A stretch of DNA of 64,000 nucleotides. Source: Clostridia bacterium (GTDB lineage: Bacteria; Bacillota; Clostridia; TANB77; CAG-508). The position numbers and the translations under genes are program-made. The DNA is taken from positions 11,411-75,410 of the forward strand of contig JAGBJN010000010.1 of the NCBI GenBank assembly GCA_017934475.1, given 5' to 3'. This document shows positions 37,509 through 47,609 of the stretch, piece by piece. Each line of letters opens with the position of its first letter. The stretch's first letter is position 1. A model generated the notes under the pieces. It ran no database searches, was not told where the DNA came from, and saw only the letters and a list, made by a program, of their open reading frames with translations.

Positions 37509-38267
37509 AATATATTTAATTACTTCAATATTATTATTTTTACTTCTTTCTACCATCTGGTCATATATTGTATTTCTTAAATCTTCTTGTGCTTCTTTTA
37601 GATTTAAATTTTCTTTTTTATAAAATGGTCCATCGACATATGAAACTATTTTTACTTTACCATTTTTTCTTTTTTGATATGTATTTGTTATACAAAAAAC
37701 AGGAACATTTAATTTAACAGGATATTTAAAAGATACTGATTTAAATGGTCTTATTTTTGTATAATATGGCCAAATATGTGCTTCAGGATAAATAGTAATA
37801 GAACATTTTTTATTTATTCTATAATTTATTATATCTAAGAATTTTTTCATTGCTTCTTTTGTATCTGGAATAGGAATTGCACCAAGCCATTCAACAAGAG
37901 TTTTCATTCCTTTCATGGAAACATTTGCAGGATTAACAATCAGAAAATTTCTTTTTGGATAATTAGCAACACTTGGTATAAAAGTATCTTCAAAAGCTTG
38001 AGTGTGATTTGCATAAATGAAATAACCTGTTTTCTTACATTGTTTAAATTTTTCTTTTCCAATATATTTATGCTTAAATTTTAATTTTAAATCAAAATAC
38101 TTTATTGGCATACTTACAAAGTTTTGCATCATAAAAGAACAAAAATTCCAAAAAGGATTTTTGTGAAAATATTTATAATTTTCATCAATTCTTCTTGGAG
38201 TTATTTTTGCTTCTGAAAATTCATCATTTAATTCATCTTCATAATAAATTATTTTTTTATCTTCCAT
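37500..38267 (-). CDS. PlsC/LPLAT-superfamily acyltransferase
   Basis: ANHTQAFED (HX4D/E-type block) and IYPEAHIW. Confidence 0.65.
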   Translation of the reverse strand: MEDKKIIYYEDELNDEFSEAKITPRRIDENYKYFHKNPFWNFCSFMMQNFVSMPIKYFDLKLKFKHKYIGKEKFKQCKKTGYFIYANHTQAFEDTFIPSVANYPKRNFLIVNPANVSMKGMKTLVEWLGAIPIPDTKEAMKKFLDIINYRINKKCSITIYPEAHIWPYYTKIRPFKSVSFKYPVKLNVPVFCITNTYQKRKNGKVKIVSYVDGPFYKKENLNLKEAQEDLRNTIYDQMVERSKNNNIEVIKYIKK

Positions 38268-39225
38268 TTAATGCCTCTAATCTTATTTTTTCTGTTGAAT
38301 ATTCTAATGGTGTTTTATAAAAATCTTCATATATTTTTTTCCAAACACTATAATTTTCGGATTTTAAAAACTCACAATTTTCTTTATCTGATAATTCATC
38401 TTTAGAATAAATTGGTTTTCCAATATTTACTGTATATGCTTGGACTATACTTCCATCATCATCTTTATATTCACTATCTTCCATAGTAATAAAAATTGGA
38501 ATAATTGGACATTTATTTTTTACAGCTATTTTAAATGCTCCAGGTTGTAATAATTTTGGCTTTTTATAATTCAACCACATACTTTGTTCAGGATAAATTA
38601 TAATGTAATTTTTCTTTTTTAATATAATACTAATAGATTTCATAAATTCTACCATTACGCTTTTATTTGAAGCAAGTGGCAAAGTATCACAATTTCTAAA
38701 TAACATACCATATAATCCTGGAAAATTAGTATAATTTCCTTCACGAATTACTTTATATAATCTTCTTTTTTTATGTTCTCCTGAATCTCTAAATATTTTT
38801 TCTAAAGTAAATACATCAAAAGGATTGAAATGATTACAAGTAATTATTGCACCTGTATCAAGATTTTGGAGATTTTCTATTCCAATAACATCTTTTATAA
38901 TTAATTTATGGTCATCAAAAGCTTTATAAATATATTTAGTAGCAGCTGAATAGGCCATTTTTCTATTTATTTTATTTTTTATTTTTTTTGTTAAATAATC
39001 AACTTGATCAAGTGTTAAAGGTACAGTAGGAGGGTCATCGTTTACATCTAAGTGAAATAATCCAGCATTTTCAAGAAATTGAATTCTTTTATTTATATCT
39101 ATTTCAAAAAATCCAAGATTTCGTAGAAAATCTATTTGTGCTAATTCATTTTTGTTAAAGAAATTTTCGTTTTCTAAAATATGTAATTGCTCCTGTATAT
39201 CTTTGTCAAAAAAGTCCTTATTCAT
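38257..39225 (-). CDS. PlsC/LPLAT-superfamily acyltransferase, paralogue of the C-terminal half of the upstream gene
   Basis: CNHFNPFD (HX4D), VIREGNYTNFPGLYG, YPEQSMW. Confidence 0.75.
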   Translation of the reverse strand: MNKDFFDKDIQEQLHILENENFFNKNELAQIDFLRNLGFFEIDINKRIQFLENAGLFHLDVNDDPPTVPLTLDQVDYLTKKIKNKINRKMAYSAATKYIYKAFDDHKLIIKDVIGIENLQNLDTGAIITCNHFNPFDVFTLEKIFRDSGEHKKRRLYKVIREGNYTNFPGLYGMLFRNCDTLPLASNKSVMVEFMKSISIILKKKNYIIIYPEQSMWLNYKKPKLLQPGAFKIAVKNKCPIIPIFITMEDSEYKDDDGSIVQAYTVNIGKPIYSKDELSDKENCEFLKSENYSVWKKIYEDFYKTPLEYSTEKIRLEALNGR

Positions 39226-39234
39226 TTTATCCCC

Positions 39235-41052
39235 TTATTTATTTTCATTAATTACTTCTACTATTGCATTTTCTGTTGTATATTCAAGTGGTATTTTATA
39301 AAATTCTTCATATATGTTTTTCCATATTTGGAAATTCTTTTCTTTTAAGGCTTTTGCATTTAATCCCTCAGATAAAGTATCTTCTGGATAAATAGGTTCA
39401 CTTATATTAATTGTATATTGTTGAACTGGGAAACCATCATTTCCAATGATATCGCTATCTTCCATAGTAATAAAAATTGGAATAATTGGAACATGGTTTC
39501 TTGCTGCAAGTTTAAATGCACCGTTTTTTAATGGCTTTGGTTTTTTATAATTCCACCATAAGCTTTGCTCTGGATACATTAATATAAAGTCACCTTTTTG
39601 AAGAATTGTATCAACTGCTTTTAAAAATTTAATCATTGTTCTATTGCTAGAACTTAGTGGCAATGTATCACAATTTCTAAAGAAAAATCCATATAATCCT
39701 GGAAAGTTAGTATAATTTCCTTCACGAATAACTTTATATAGTTTTTTAGATTTAGCATTTTCACTTTTTCTATATGTTGATTCAATAGCAAAGCAGTCGT
39801 ATGGATTAAAGTGATTACAAGTAACTACTGCACCTGTTGTCACTTTATCAAGATATTCTAATCCTTTTATTTCTTTAATTAATAATTTATCATTTCTTAA
39901 TAAACTATTTAAGTAACCTTTTCCAACTCTATTTGCTAATGCTGTTTTCAATTTTTTGTAGCTTCCTTTTCTTAAGTAGTCAATACTTTTAGCCATTAAA
40001 GGTCTTGTTGGAGGATCTTCTTCAGCATCTGAGTCAAATTTTCCTTGTTTTTCAAGTTCTTCAATTTTCTTTAATATTTCCAATCTGTCCTTAGATTTCT
40101 CAATATCATCTGCAATTTCTTGTTTTTTAGAAATTCTATCATCTCCAACACATTCAGCTTCTTTAATTGCAAGTTCAATTAATCTTTCTCCAGCCAATAA
40201 ATCATTATTTCTTTGTTCATCTGTATATTCATTTTTTATTTTTAAAATTTCATCATAATAATCAGTTTTTTTAGCATAATACCAGAAATAGTCTTGATAC
40301 ATTATGTTATCAAAGTGCCATGGTTTGTAAGATAAATTGTAGTGAATTATATTTAAATTATCTTTTGATTCTTCAACTAAACCACCTGGCATTGTATTCC
40401 AAGATCCAGGTAAGATTAAAGTTCTACCTTTACAAATTCTATTTAAATAATCCTGATCTTGTGCTACAGCAAATTTAACTGTTTCTAATAAGTATAAGAA
40501 TTTTTCTTGAAATTTAAATTTTCTAAGTTCATCTAAATTCATTAAAAGCATACCAGCATTAAAGTATGATTTGGAATCTGCCATTCCGACAACTTTTTCA
40601 ACATATTCTTGAAATGGTGGAATTGCTTGAACTGCACCATCTGTTGATGCACCAACTAAATTATTTCCTAAATCAATATTGTATAAATTTGCAACATCAG
40701 TTAGAACAGCCATATCACTATCTAAATAAATTGCTTTATCAAACTCAGGATATAAATCTGGTATAAATAATCTGTAATATGTAGTTTTTGAATAATAATC
40801 TCTTGTATAGAATTTATCAAAGAATTTTTCAAGATAATTATTTAAATCAACAAATTCTATTTTTACATTATCACTTTCATATTTATTTTTTATTCTTGAT
40901 TGGTTCTCATCAGAAATTTTTGTATATAAGATTTTTAAATCATATATATAATCTTTTGATGAATTATCAATTAATGACTGTATTACAACTGCAAGAAATG
41001 GCATATAGCCATCATCTACTGCAAAAAATACAGGTATATTTTGCTTATCCAT
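39235..41052 (-). CDS. fusion protein: N-terminal GT8 glycosyltransferase plus C-terminal LPLAT acyltransferase
   Basis: N-terminus: IPVFFAVDDGYMPF, YLDSDM, FNAGMLLMNL (GT8). C-terminus: CNHFNPYD, VIREGNYTNFPGLYG, YPEQSLW. Confidence 0.8.
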   Translation of the reverse strand: MDKQNIPVFFAVDDGYMPFLAVVIQSLIDNSSKDYIYDLKILYTKISDENQSRIKNKYESDNVKIEFVDLNNYLEKFFDKFYTRDYYSKTTYYRLFIPDLYPEFDKAIYLDSDMAVLTDVANLYNIDLGNNLVGASTDGAVQAIPPFQEYVEKVVGMADSKSYFNAGMLLMNLDELRKFKFQEKFLYLLETVKFAVAQDQDYLNRICKGRTLILPGSWNTMPGGLVEESKDNLNIIHYNLSYKPWHFDNIMYQDYFWYYAKKTDYYDEILKIKNEYTDEQRNNDLLAGERLIELAIKEAECVGDDRISKKQEIADDIEKSKDRLEILKKIEELEKQGKFDSDAEEDPPTRPLMAKSIDYLRKGSYKKLKTALANRVGKGYLNSLLRNDKLLIKEIKGLEYLDKVTTGAVVTCNHFNPYDCFAIESTYRKSENAKSKKLYKVIREGNYTNFPGLYGFFFRNCDTLPLSSSNRTMIKFLKAVDTILQKGDFILMYPEQSLWWNYKKPKPLKNGAFKLAARNHVPIIPIFITMEDSDIIGNDGFPVQQYTINISEPIYPEDTLSEGLNAKALKEKNFQIWKNIYEEFYKIPLEYTTENAIVEVINENK

Positions 41053-41893
41053 TTACTAGTTCCTCCGTTTTACTTCCTTCAAATTCTTCTTTTAATTTTA
41101 TATATTCATTTAAATCATTATCAAATTTGTAACATTTAAAAACTTTATGTATTTGATCTATATGCCATTGTTTAAAATTAGAAGTATGTGGGAAAGGTGT
41201 AAATACTAATCTTTTACAAAAATGGCATATTATTGTATCATCTCTTTTAAAACTAGATTGTTCATTAAATTTTCTAGGTAATAAAAGTTTTTTAGTTGTA
41301 GAATAAAATACTGCACTTTGATCTGCAAATAATAATTTCCTATTTCTAAGAAGCTCTCTAGATTTATCTAAAAGATTTGTTTCTTTAGCTTTCTTTAGAT
41401 TGAATAAAAGCATACCAGCATTTATATAATCTGGATATAAGAAAATACAACCATATTTTTCTTTAACTGCAGCATATTCATATTCGGTTACATCTGTGTT
41501 ATAAAGCTCACTAATATCGCCACCTGCCATCATATCTACATCTAAATATAAAAGTTTATCAGGCATATCTGGAACTAAATCTGCAAGTAATCTTAAAAGA
41601 GTATAAGGTGTACAGTATGCAGTTTCATTTTTACAACCGCCAAATTCTTGGTTATAAAGGTCTGTGACGTCAACTTTTATTACTTTATTTTCGTTATTTT
41701 TTCTTTTAATAACTTTATCTAAAAATTCAACTTGTTCATCTTCAATAGATAGAAAATCTGGATTCAAATTTTCCAAATGCATTGTGTAAATATAACAAGT
41801 GATTGGCTCTTTTGTTTTATTGGTAATTGAAATAAGTTCTGATAAAGCACCGTCAAAAACTTTTTTATTACCACATAAAAGTATATTAATCAT
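41045..41893 (-). CDS. GT8-family glycosyltransferase
   Basis: LYLDVDMM (DXD) and INAGMLLFNL. Overlaps the next gene by 8 nt. Confidence 0.8.
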   Translation of the reverse strand: MINILLCGNKKVFDGALSELISITNKTKEPITCYIYTMHLENLNPDFLSIEDEQVEFLDKVIKRKNNENKVIKVDVTDLYNQEFGGCKNETAYCTPYTLLRLLADLVPDMPDKLLYLDVDMMAGGDISELYNTDVTEYEYAAVKEKYGCIFLYPDYINAGMLLFNLKKAKETNLLDKSRELLRNRKLLFADQSAVFYSTTKKLLLPRKFNEQSSFKRDDTIICHFCKRLVFTPFPHTSNFKQWHIDQIHKVFKCYKFDNDLNEYIKLKEEFEGSKTEELVNG

Positions 41894-42060
41894 ATTAAAT
41901 TATCCCCTAACATTTTTTTAAATTATATTATAAAACAGAAATATATTCAAGTAAAAAATGTAATTATATAAAAACTAAAAAACTAAATCATCTATGCACA
42001 TAAATATAAATAAAAATTAATTTGAATATTTGGTCAAAAAAATAGATTATTAAAAATAAT

Positions 42061-42996
42061 CTATTTTTCAATTTTATTATAATTTTCTCTTATTATATTT
42101 GCACTTGTACTAAACTGTAACTGTTCCTGCTTAGTTAAATTTAATTCAAGTAATTCTCTTGCACCATAACTATTTAAAACCGTTGGAACACCTAAATAAA
42201 TATCATTTTCTCCGTATTTATTATTAAGATATGAAGAAACAGTTAAAATTTCATTTGTATCATTCATTATAGTTCTTACTATTTTTGCAAGTCCAAGACC
42301 AATGCCATAGTATGTTGCTTTTTTCTTATTTATAATTTCATATGCAGCATCTCTAACAGATAAATACAAAGCATCAAGTGCAGAAGTATTTGGAACAATA
42401 TCTAAAATTCTTTTACAGCCAACATATGCATGTTCCCATACAGGAAAAGAAGAATCTCCATGTTCCCCCATAATATATGCGTGAATATTATTACTTGAGA
42501 CATTTAGATATTCACTAAGTAAATACCTAAGTCTTGCAGTATCTAATGCAGTGCCTGAACCAATAACTTTACTTGGAGGAAAATTTGAAACATCCTTTAC
42601 TAATTTTGTCATTATATCAACAGGATTTGTAGCAACTAAAAATATACCACTAAAACCACTTTTAACAACATTTTCAGTTATTTCTTTTAAAATAACTGCA
42701 TTTTGAACGGAAAGGTCCAACCTAGTTTGTCCAGGTTTCTGATTTATTCCTGCAGTAATTAAAACCAAATCAGCATCTCTACAATCATGATAATCACCAG
42801 CTTTTATACTCATATGGCTACCAGAACAGGGTAATCCATGAGATAAATCCATTGCTTCTCCTATTGCTTTATCTTTTTGTATATCAATTAAAACAATTTC
42901 ATTAACGCCAGAAGATCTATTACAAACTAAAGCATATGCTGTGCTCATACCAACAAAACCTGTCCCAATAATAACTAATTTTCTTTTTTCTATCAT
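42061..42996 (-). CDS. ldh: L-lactate dehydrogenase
   Basis: KLVIIGTGFVGMSTAYAL, ITAG, GEHGDS. Confidence 0.9.
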   Translation of the reverse strand: MIEKRKLVIIGTGFVGMSTAYALVCNRSSGVNEIVLIDIQKDKAIGEAMDLSHGLPCSGSHMSIKAGDYHDCRDADLVLITAGINQKPGQTRLDLSVQNAVILKEITENVVKSGFSGIFLVATNPVDIMTKLVKDVSNFPPSKVIGSGTALDTARLRYLLSEYLNVSSNNIHAYIMGEHGDSSFPVWEHAYVGCKRILDIVPNTSALDALYLSVRDAAYEIINKKKATYYGIGLGLAKIVRTIMNDTNEILTVSSYLNNKYGENDIYLGVPTVLNSYGARELLELNLTKQEQLQFSTSANIIRENYNKIEK

Positions 42997-43123
42997 ATTT
43001 TTATCCTTTCTAAAAATAGTATGTACAGAAAAATTTTTTTTATAAATAAATAGTTAAAAACGAATATAAAGTTTCATTGACTTTTGAAAAAAAATATGCT
43101 ATTATTTTAAATGAGCTTTATAT

Positions 43124-43200
<77 letters not shown>

Positions 43201-43248
43201 AAAAAGTAAAGCCATATTATATGGCTTTACTTTTTTTCAAATCTATGT

Positions 43249-43325
43249 GTTCCAGTAGCTCAGCAGGATAGAGCGACAGTTTCCTAAACTGCAGGTCGGA
43301 GGTTCGAATCCTCTCTGGGACACCA
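43249..43325 (+). tRNA. tRNA-Arg(CCU)
   Basis: 77-nt cloverleaf, anticodon loop TTCCTAA, encoded CCA. A hairpin plus T-run (43203-43237) separates it from the previous tRNA. Confidence 0.9.
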
Positions 43326-43347
43326 TTTTTGTATTAAGGAAATTAGT

Positions 43348-43812
43348 ATGGAAGAAAAATTTATGAAAGAAGCCCTAAAGGAAGCAAAAAAAGCATTTGA
43401 TAAAGACGAAGTTCCTGTGGGGGCAGTCATTGTTAAAGATGGAAAAATAATTGCAAGAGCACATAATTTAAAAGAAAGTAAAAGTGATACAACATATCAT
43501 GCAGAAATACTAGCTATACAAAAAGCAAGTAAAAAAATTGGAAGTTGGCGCTTAGAAGGATGTACAATGTACGTTACTTTAGAACCATGCCCAATGTGTG
43601 CAGGAGCTTTAATACAAGCAAGGTTAGATAAAGTAATAATTGGTACAATGGATTACAAAACAGGTGCATGTGGAAGTATTCTAAATTTACTTAAAGATTA
43701 TAAATTCAATCATAATGTTGAAGTACAAGGTGGAGTACTAAAAGAAGAATGTGAAGCAATACTTCAACAATTTTTTAAAGAATTGAGAAAAAGAAAAAAA
43801 GAAATAAAATAA
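43348..43812 (+). CDS. tadA: tRNA-specific adenosine-34 deaminase
   Basis: HAEILAI and PCPMCAGA zinc-binding motifs; 154 aa. Confidence 0.9.
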   Translation: MEEKFMKEALKEAKKAFDKDEVPVGAVIVKDGKIIARAHNLKESKSDTTYHAEILAIQKASKKIGSWRLEGCTMYVTLEPCPMCAGALIQARLDKVIIGTMDYKTGACGSILNLLKDYKFNHNVEVQGGVLKEECEAILQQFFKELRKRKKEIK

Positions 43813-43840
43813 AAAAGACAAGCATAAAATTTATATTAAT

Positions 43841-43933
43841 GGAGATGTATCGAAGCGGTCATAACGAGGTTGTCTCGAAAACAATTAGGCGATGAAAGTC
43901 GCCCCGTGGGTTCGAATCCCACCATCTCCGCCA
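43841..43933 (+). tRNA. tRNA-Ser(CGA)
   Basis: 93 nt with a long variable arm, anticodon loop CTCGAAA, encoded CCA. Confidence 0.9.
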
Positions 43934-43955
43934 AAGATAAAAGAGGTGAATTAGT

Positions 43956-44696
43956 TTGGGTGATTATAGAAAAAGTGAAATAATTAAAGCTAGTATAGCA
44001 ATATTAATTATAATAATTGCCGTTTTTATAGTATTCACATTTGGGTATAAAAATTTAATAGAGGGCGAAAGAAAAATGCCGTTTAAACTTTCTAAAGTTA
44101 CAGTAGTTAGTACAGTAGAAGGTGAAGAAAATAAAGACAAAGACGAAAAATGGAATTTAAATATTTTTCAAAACAACGATGTGTACTTTTCAATAGAGAA
44201 AAACGAAGAAAGTGATAAAGAAGATATAATTCAAACCGTTGTTATTCAAAATGTAAAAGTAGAGAAATCACCAAAATTAGGAAAAATAGTTACATTTATG
44301 CCAAACAGTTCAGAAGGAAGACTTTTTAATAATTCAGAAGAAACATTAGTAGAAGAAAAACTTACATATAGAGGTTCAAGTAAAAGTGATTCGAAAACAT
44401 TAGAAATAGCAAATCAAGGTGGAACAGCAGTTGTTAGATTTTCAATAGCAGACCTTGGAAAATATATTTCAAACGAAGATGAAGAAATAAGACATGATTT
44501 TAGTTTATTAGAAAAAATAGGAGTAAATAAAGAACAAGTAGATTTTGAATTATCATTTGATTTAGTAATTAATTTAAAAGAAGAATCTTATGTTACAACA
44601 ATTAAATTAAATTTACCATGTGAAGGAATAGAGGAAAAAGGAACATCAAGTATAGAACTAAATGATAATTTTATATTTAGAAAATCAAAAAAATAG
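43956..44696 (+). CDS. hypothetical N-terminally anchored protein
   Basis: TTG start after AGAGGTG, one TM segment, no recognised motif. Confidence 0.55.
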   Translation: MGDYRKSEIIKASIAILIIIIAVFIVFTFGYKNLIEGERKMPFKLSKVTVVSTVEGEENKDKDEKWNLNIFQNNDVYFSIEKNEESDKEDIIQTVVIQNVKVEKSPKLGKIVTFMPNSSEGRLFNNSEETLVEEKLTYRGSSKSDSKTLEIANQGGTAVVRFSIADLGKYISNEDEEIRHDFSLLEKIGVNKEQVDFELSFDLVINLKEESYVTTIKLNLPCEGIEEKGTSSIELNDNFIFRKSKK

Positions 44697-44704
44697 AAAA
44701 TTAC

Positions 44705-44733
44705 TTGTCAACTAAAAAAAAAGAGTATATAAT
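44705..44733 (+). promoter_or_regulatory. consensus sigma-A promoter of the SRP RNA gene
   Basis: TTGACA-like TTGTCA, 17-nt spacer, TATAAT. Confidence 0.6.
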
Positions 44734-44737
44734 ACAG

Positions 44738-44884
44738 AAGGTATAAGAAATTATAGTTCTTGTATGGAGAATAATTCAATGTAAGCCTATGAATCTTGTC
44801 AGGTCCGGAAGGAAGCAGCAATAAATAGTTACTTATGTGTGAATTATTTTCCCTAGAGGAACTATATGCTCTTATACCTTTTTG
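44738..44884 (+). ncRNA. ffs: signal recognition particle RNA (short, 4.5S-like hairpin form)
   Basis: Conserved domain IV string GTCAGGTCCGGAAGGAAGCAGC. The 5' AAGGTATAAGA pairs with the 3' TCTTATACCTT, followed by TTTT. It sits in the classic position upstream of dnaX. Confidence 0.85.
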
Positions 44885-44913
44885 AAAATCTATCTTTAGG
44901 GGGGAAGAAGCAA

Positions 44914-46569
44914 ATGGCATATACAGCGTTATATAGAAAATTTAGACCGGTAACATTTGAAGAAATTGTTGGTCAAGAACATATAACAAAAACTCTAAGA
45001 AACCAGATTGTCGCCAATAGAGTTGGACACGCTTATTTGTTTAATGGGGGTAGAGGAACAGGAAAAACATCTGCTGCAAAAATACTTGCAAGAGCAATTA
45101 ATTGTTTAAATCCTAAAGATGGAGAACCTTGCAACGAATGTGAAATCTGTAAAGAAGCATTAACAGGTAGTCTTACAGATATAGTAGAGATGGATGCTGC
45201 TTCCAACAATAGTGTAGAAGATGTAAGACAAATAAGAGATGAAGTTAATTTTTTGCCTACAAAGGCTAAATATAGAGTATATATAATAGATGAGGTTCAT
45301 ATGCTATCAACAGGTGCTTTTAATGCATTATTAAAAACACTTGAAGAACCACCAGAACATGTAAAATTTATACTTGCAACAACAGAACCTCAAAAATTAC
45401 CAGCAACAATACTTTCAAGATGCCAAAGATTTGATTTTAAGAAAATATCTGAAGCTAATATAGTAAAAAGATTAGAAATAGTTTGTAAAGAAAGTAATAT
45501 AGATATTACTGAAGATGCACTTAATATTATTTCTCATCTTGCAGAAGGTGCAATGAGAGATGCACTAAGTATACTAGAAAGATGTGCACAAGATGAAGAT
45601 GGAAAAATAGATGAAGCAAAAGTTAAGGACTTAGTTGGAATTCCTAAGCTTACATATATTAGTAATTTAACTAAAAATATAGTAAATAATAATGAAGAAG
45701 AGGCTTTAAGAACAATTGAAGAAGTTATAACAGAGGGAAAAGATCTACAAAATCTATTATGGGAGTTAATAAAATATGTAAAAGATATTCTAGTATTTAA
45801 ATCAGGAAGTAAGCTTTCAGTATATAGCAAAGAAGAATTACAAGAAATAGAGGAAATATCAAATAAGGTTGATAAATCAAAATTGCTAAATATTATTTAT
45901 GAATTATCTAATTTGTCAAATGACATGAAATTATCTACACAAAAAATAATTTTATTCCAAGTTGGAATTATAAAGTTATGTAGTAATGAAGCAGTATCAT
46001 CAAATGGGTATGCAATATCTGATGGAAGTATAGATGATGGAGAAGTTAGAGAATTAAAGCAAAGAATAGCAAACTTAGAAAATGAAATAAGGGTTATAAA
46101 AAATTCGGGAACAGCTATCAACAGACCTGCCCAAAATGTGGAAAACTATTCTCAAAAAGTTACTCCAAGTGCAAGAAAAATGGAAATAAAGGCAGAACCT
46201 ATTAAACAAGAAGTTCCACAATATAAACCAACAGGAAAAGGTGTAGGCGCTTGGCCACAAATAATAGATAGCATGAAGCAAGATGGAAAAATAATGTTAT
46301 ATACTAATTTGATAAATTCAAGAGCAGAAGAAATAAATGATATGACTATAGGAATTTCTTTCCCAAAAGGATTAACTCCATTTGGAAAGACAGTGCTTGA
46401 AAAAAGTGAAAATATAGTTGAAATTGAAAGAAAAGTTTCAATGGAATTTGGTAAACCAATGAAAATAAAATATATAGATGGTACAAAACAAAGTGAACAA
46501 GCAACAGAGGTTAATCCTATTGAGAGTTTTTCACAAGATAATGATATACCATTTAATATAGTAGATTAA
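44914..46569 (+). CDS. dnaX: DNA polymerase III subunit gamma/tau
   Basis: YRKFRP, GGRGTGKTS, zinc module CNECEIC, DEVHMLS. The true ATG lies after the SRP RNA. Confidence 0.95.
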   Translation: MAYTALYRKFRPVTFEEIVGQEHITKTLRNQIVANRVGHAYLFNGGRGTGKTSAAKILARAINCLNPKDGEPCNECEICKEALTGSLTDIVEMDAASNNSVEDVRQIRDEVNFLPTKAKYRVYIIDEVHMLSTGAFNALLKTLEEPPEHVKFILATTEPQKLPATILSRCQRFDFKKISEANIVKRLEIVCKESNIDITEDALNIISHLAEGAMRDALSILERCAQDEDGKIDEAKVKDLVGIPKLTYISNLTKNIVNNNEEEALRTIEEVITEGKDLQNLLWELIKYVKDILVFKSGSKLSVYSKEELQEIEEISNKVDKSKLLNIIYELSNLSNDMKLSTQKIILFQVGIIKLCSNEAVSSNGYAISDGSIDDGEVRELKQRIANLENEIRVIKNSGTAINRPAQNVENYSQKVTPSARKMEIKAEPIKQEVPQYKPTGKGVGAWPQIIDSMKQDGKIMLYTNLINSRAEEINDMTIGISFPKGLTPFGKTVLEKSENIVEIERKVSMEFGKPMKIKYIDGTKQSEQATEVNPIESFSQDNDIPFNIVD

Positions 46570-46596
46570 TGTAGTAAATTTAAGGAGGAAATTATA

Positions 46597-46941
46597 ATGT
46601 CAAAAAGAGGCGGATTCCCAGGAGGTATGGGAGGATTTGGTGGAATGAACATCAATCAATTAATGAAAGAAGCAAAGAAGATGCAAGCAGATATGGAAAA
46701 ATCTCAAGAGGAACTTGCAGCAAGAGATTTTGATGCAACTGCAGGTGGAGGAGTAGTATCTGTAAAAGTATCAGGAAATAAAGTAGTAAAAGAAATAAAA
46801 ATAAAGAAAGAAGCAGTTGATCCTGATGATGTAGAAATGCTAGAAGATTTAATTTTATCATGTGTAAACGAAGCATTAAGACAAGTAGATAGTGCACAAG
46901 CAGCAAGTTTAGGAAAATACAATATTCCAGGAATGATGTAA
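46597..46941 (+). CDS. ybaB: YbaB/EbfC nucleoid-associated protein
   Basis: 114 aa. NINQLMKEAKKMQ and the conserved dnaX-ybaB-recR gene order. Confidence 0.9.
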   Translation: MSKRGGFPGGMGGFGGMNINQLMKEAKKMQADMEKSQEELAARDFDATAGGGVVSVKVSGNKVVKEIKIKKEAVDPDDVEMLEDLILSCVNEALRQVDSAQAASLGKYNIPGMM

Positions 46942-46956
46942 TAAAGAGGTAAAAGG

Positions 46957-47556
46957 ATGTCATATTATTCACCATCAATAGAAAAATTAATAGAAGCATT
47001 TGAAAAACTACCTAGTATAGGAAATAAAACAGCAGCAAGATTGGCATTCCATATGCTAGATAAATCAGAAGAAGAAGTAAATGAATTTATTTCAGCAATA
47101 GTAAATGCTAAAAAGAATTTAAAATATTGCTCAAAATGTTATAATATATCAGATACAGACCCATGTAACATATGCTCAAATCCTAAAAGGGATAATAGTA
47201 TAATATGTGTAGTAGAAGATGTAAAAGATGTTGTGGCAATGGAAAGAACACATGAATTTAGAGGATTATATCATGTATTACATGGTTCAATATCTCCAAT
47301 GAATGGAGTAGGACCTGATGATATAAAAATAAAAGAACTCCTTTCAAGATTAATGGAGGGAGAGGTTAAAGAAATAATTCTTGCAACTAATCCAAGAGTT
47401 GAAGGTGAAGCAACTGCAATGTATATTTCAAAACTTGTAAAACCACTTGGAGTTAAAGTAACAAGAATAGCACATGGAATTCCTGTTGGAGGGGACTTAG
47501 AGTATACAGATGAAGTTACTTTAAGTAAAGCTTTAGAAGGAAGAAGAGAATTATAA
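46957..47556 (+). CDS. recR: recombination protein RecR
   Basis: LPSIGNKTA HhH motif, C4 zinc finger CSKCYN...CNIC, Toprim domain. Confidence 0.95.
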   Translation: MSYYSPSIEKLIEAFEKLPSIGNKTAARLAFHMLDKSEEEVNEFISAIVNAKKNLKYCSKCYNISDTDPCNICSNPKRDNSIICVVEDVKDVVAMERTHEFRGLYHVLHGSISPMNGVGPDDIKIKELLSRLMEGEVKEIILATNPRVEGEATAMYISKLVKPLGVKVTRIAHGIPVGGDLEYTDEVTLSKALEGRREL

Positions 47557-47609
47557 TAATTGAATAAAACAAAAATCCTTCTCATAAAATATATGAGAGG
47601 GATTTTATT

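Noticed and set aside
42997-43123. I searched the ldh upstream region for a Rex box (TTGTGAA-N6-TTCACAA type), and searched 5' leaders across the window for T-box or riboswitch signatures.
   Set aside because: I found no convincing match by eye. A covariance-model scan would be needed to exclude them.
44708-44920. 70-aa minus-strand ORF, and the 5' extension of dnaX to 44866.
   Set aside because: Both overlap the SRP RNA gene. dnaX has a proper ATG at 44914.
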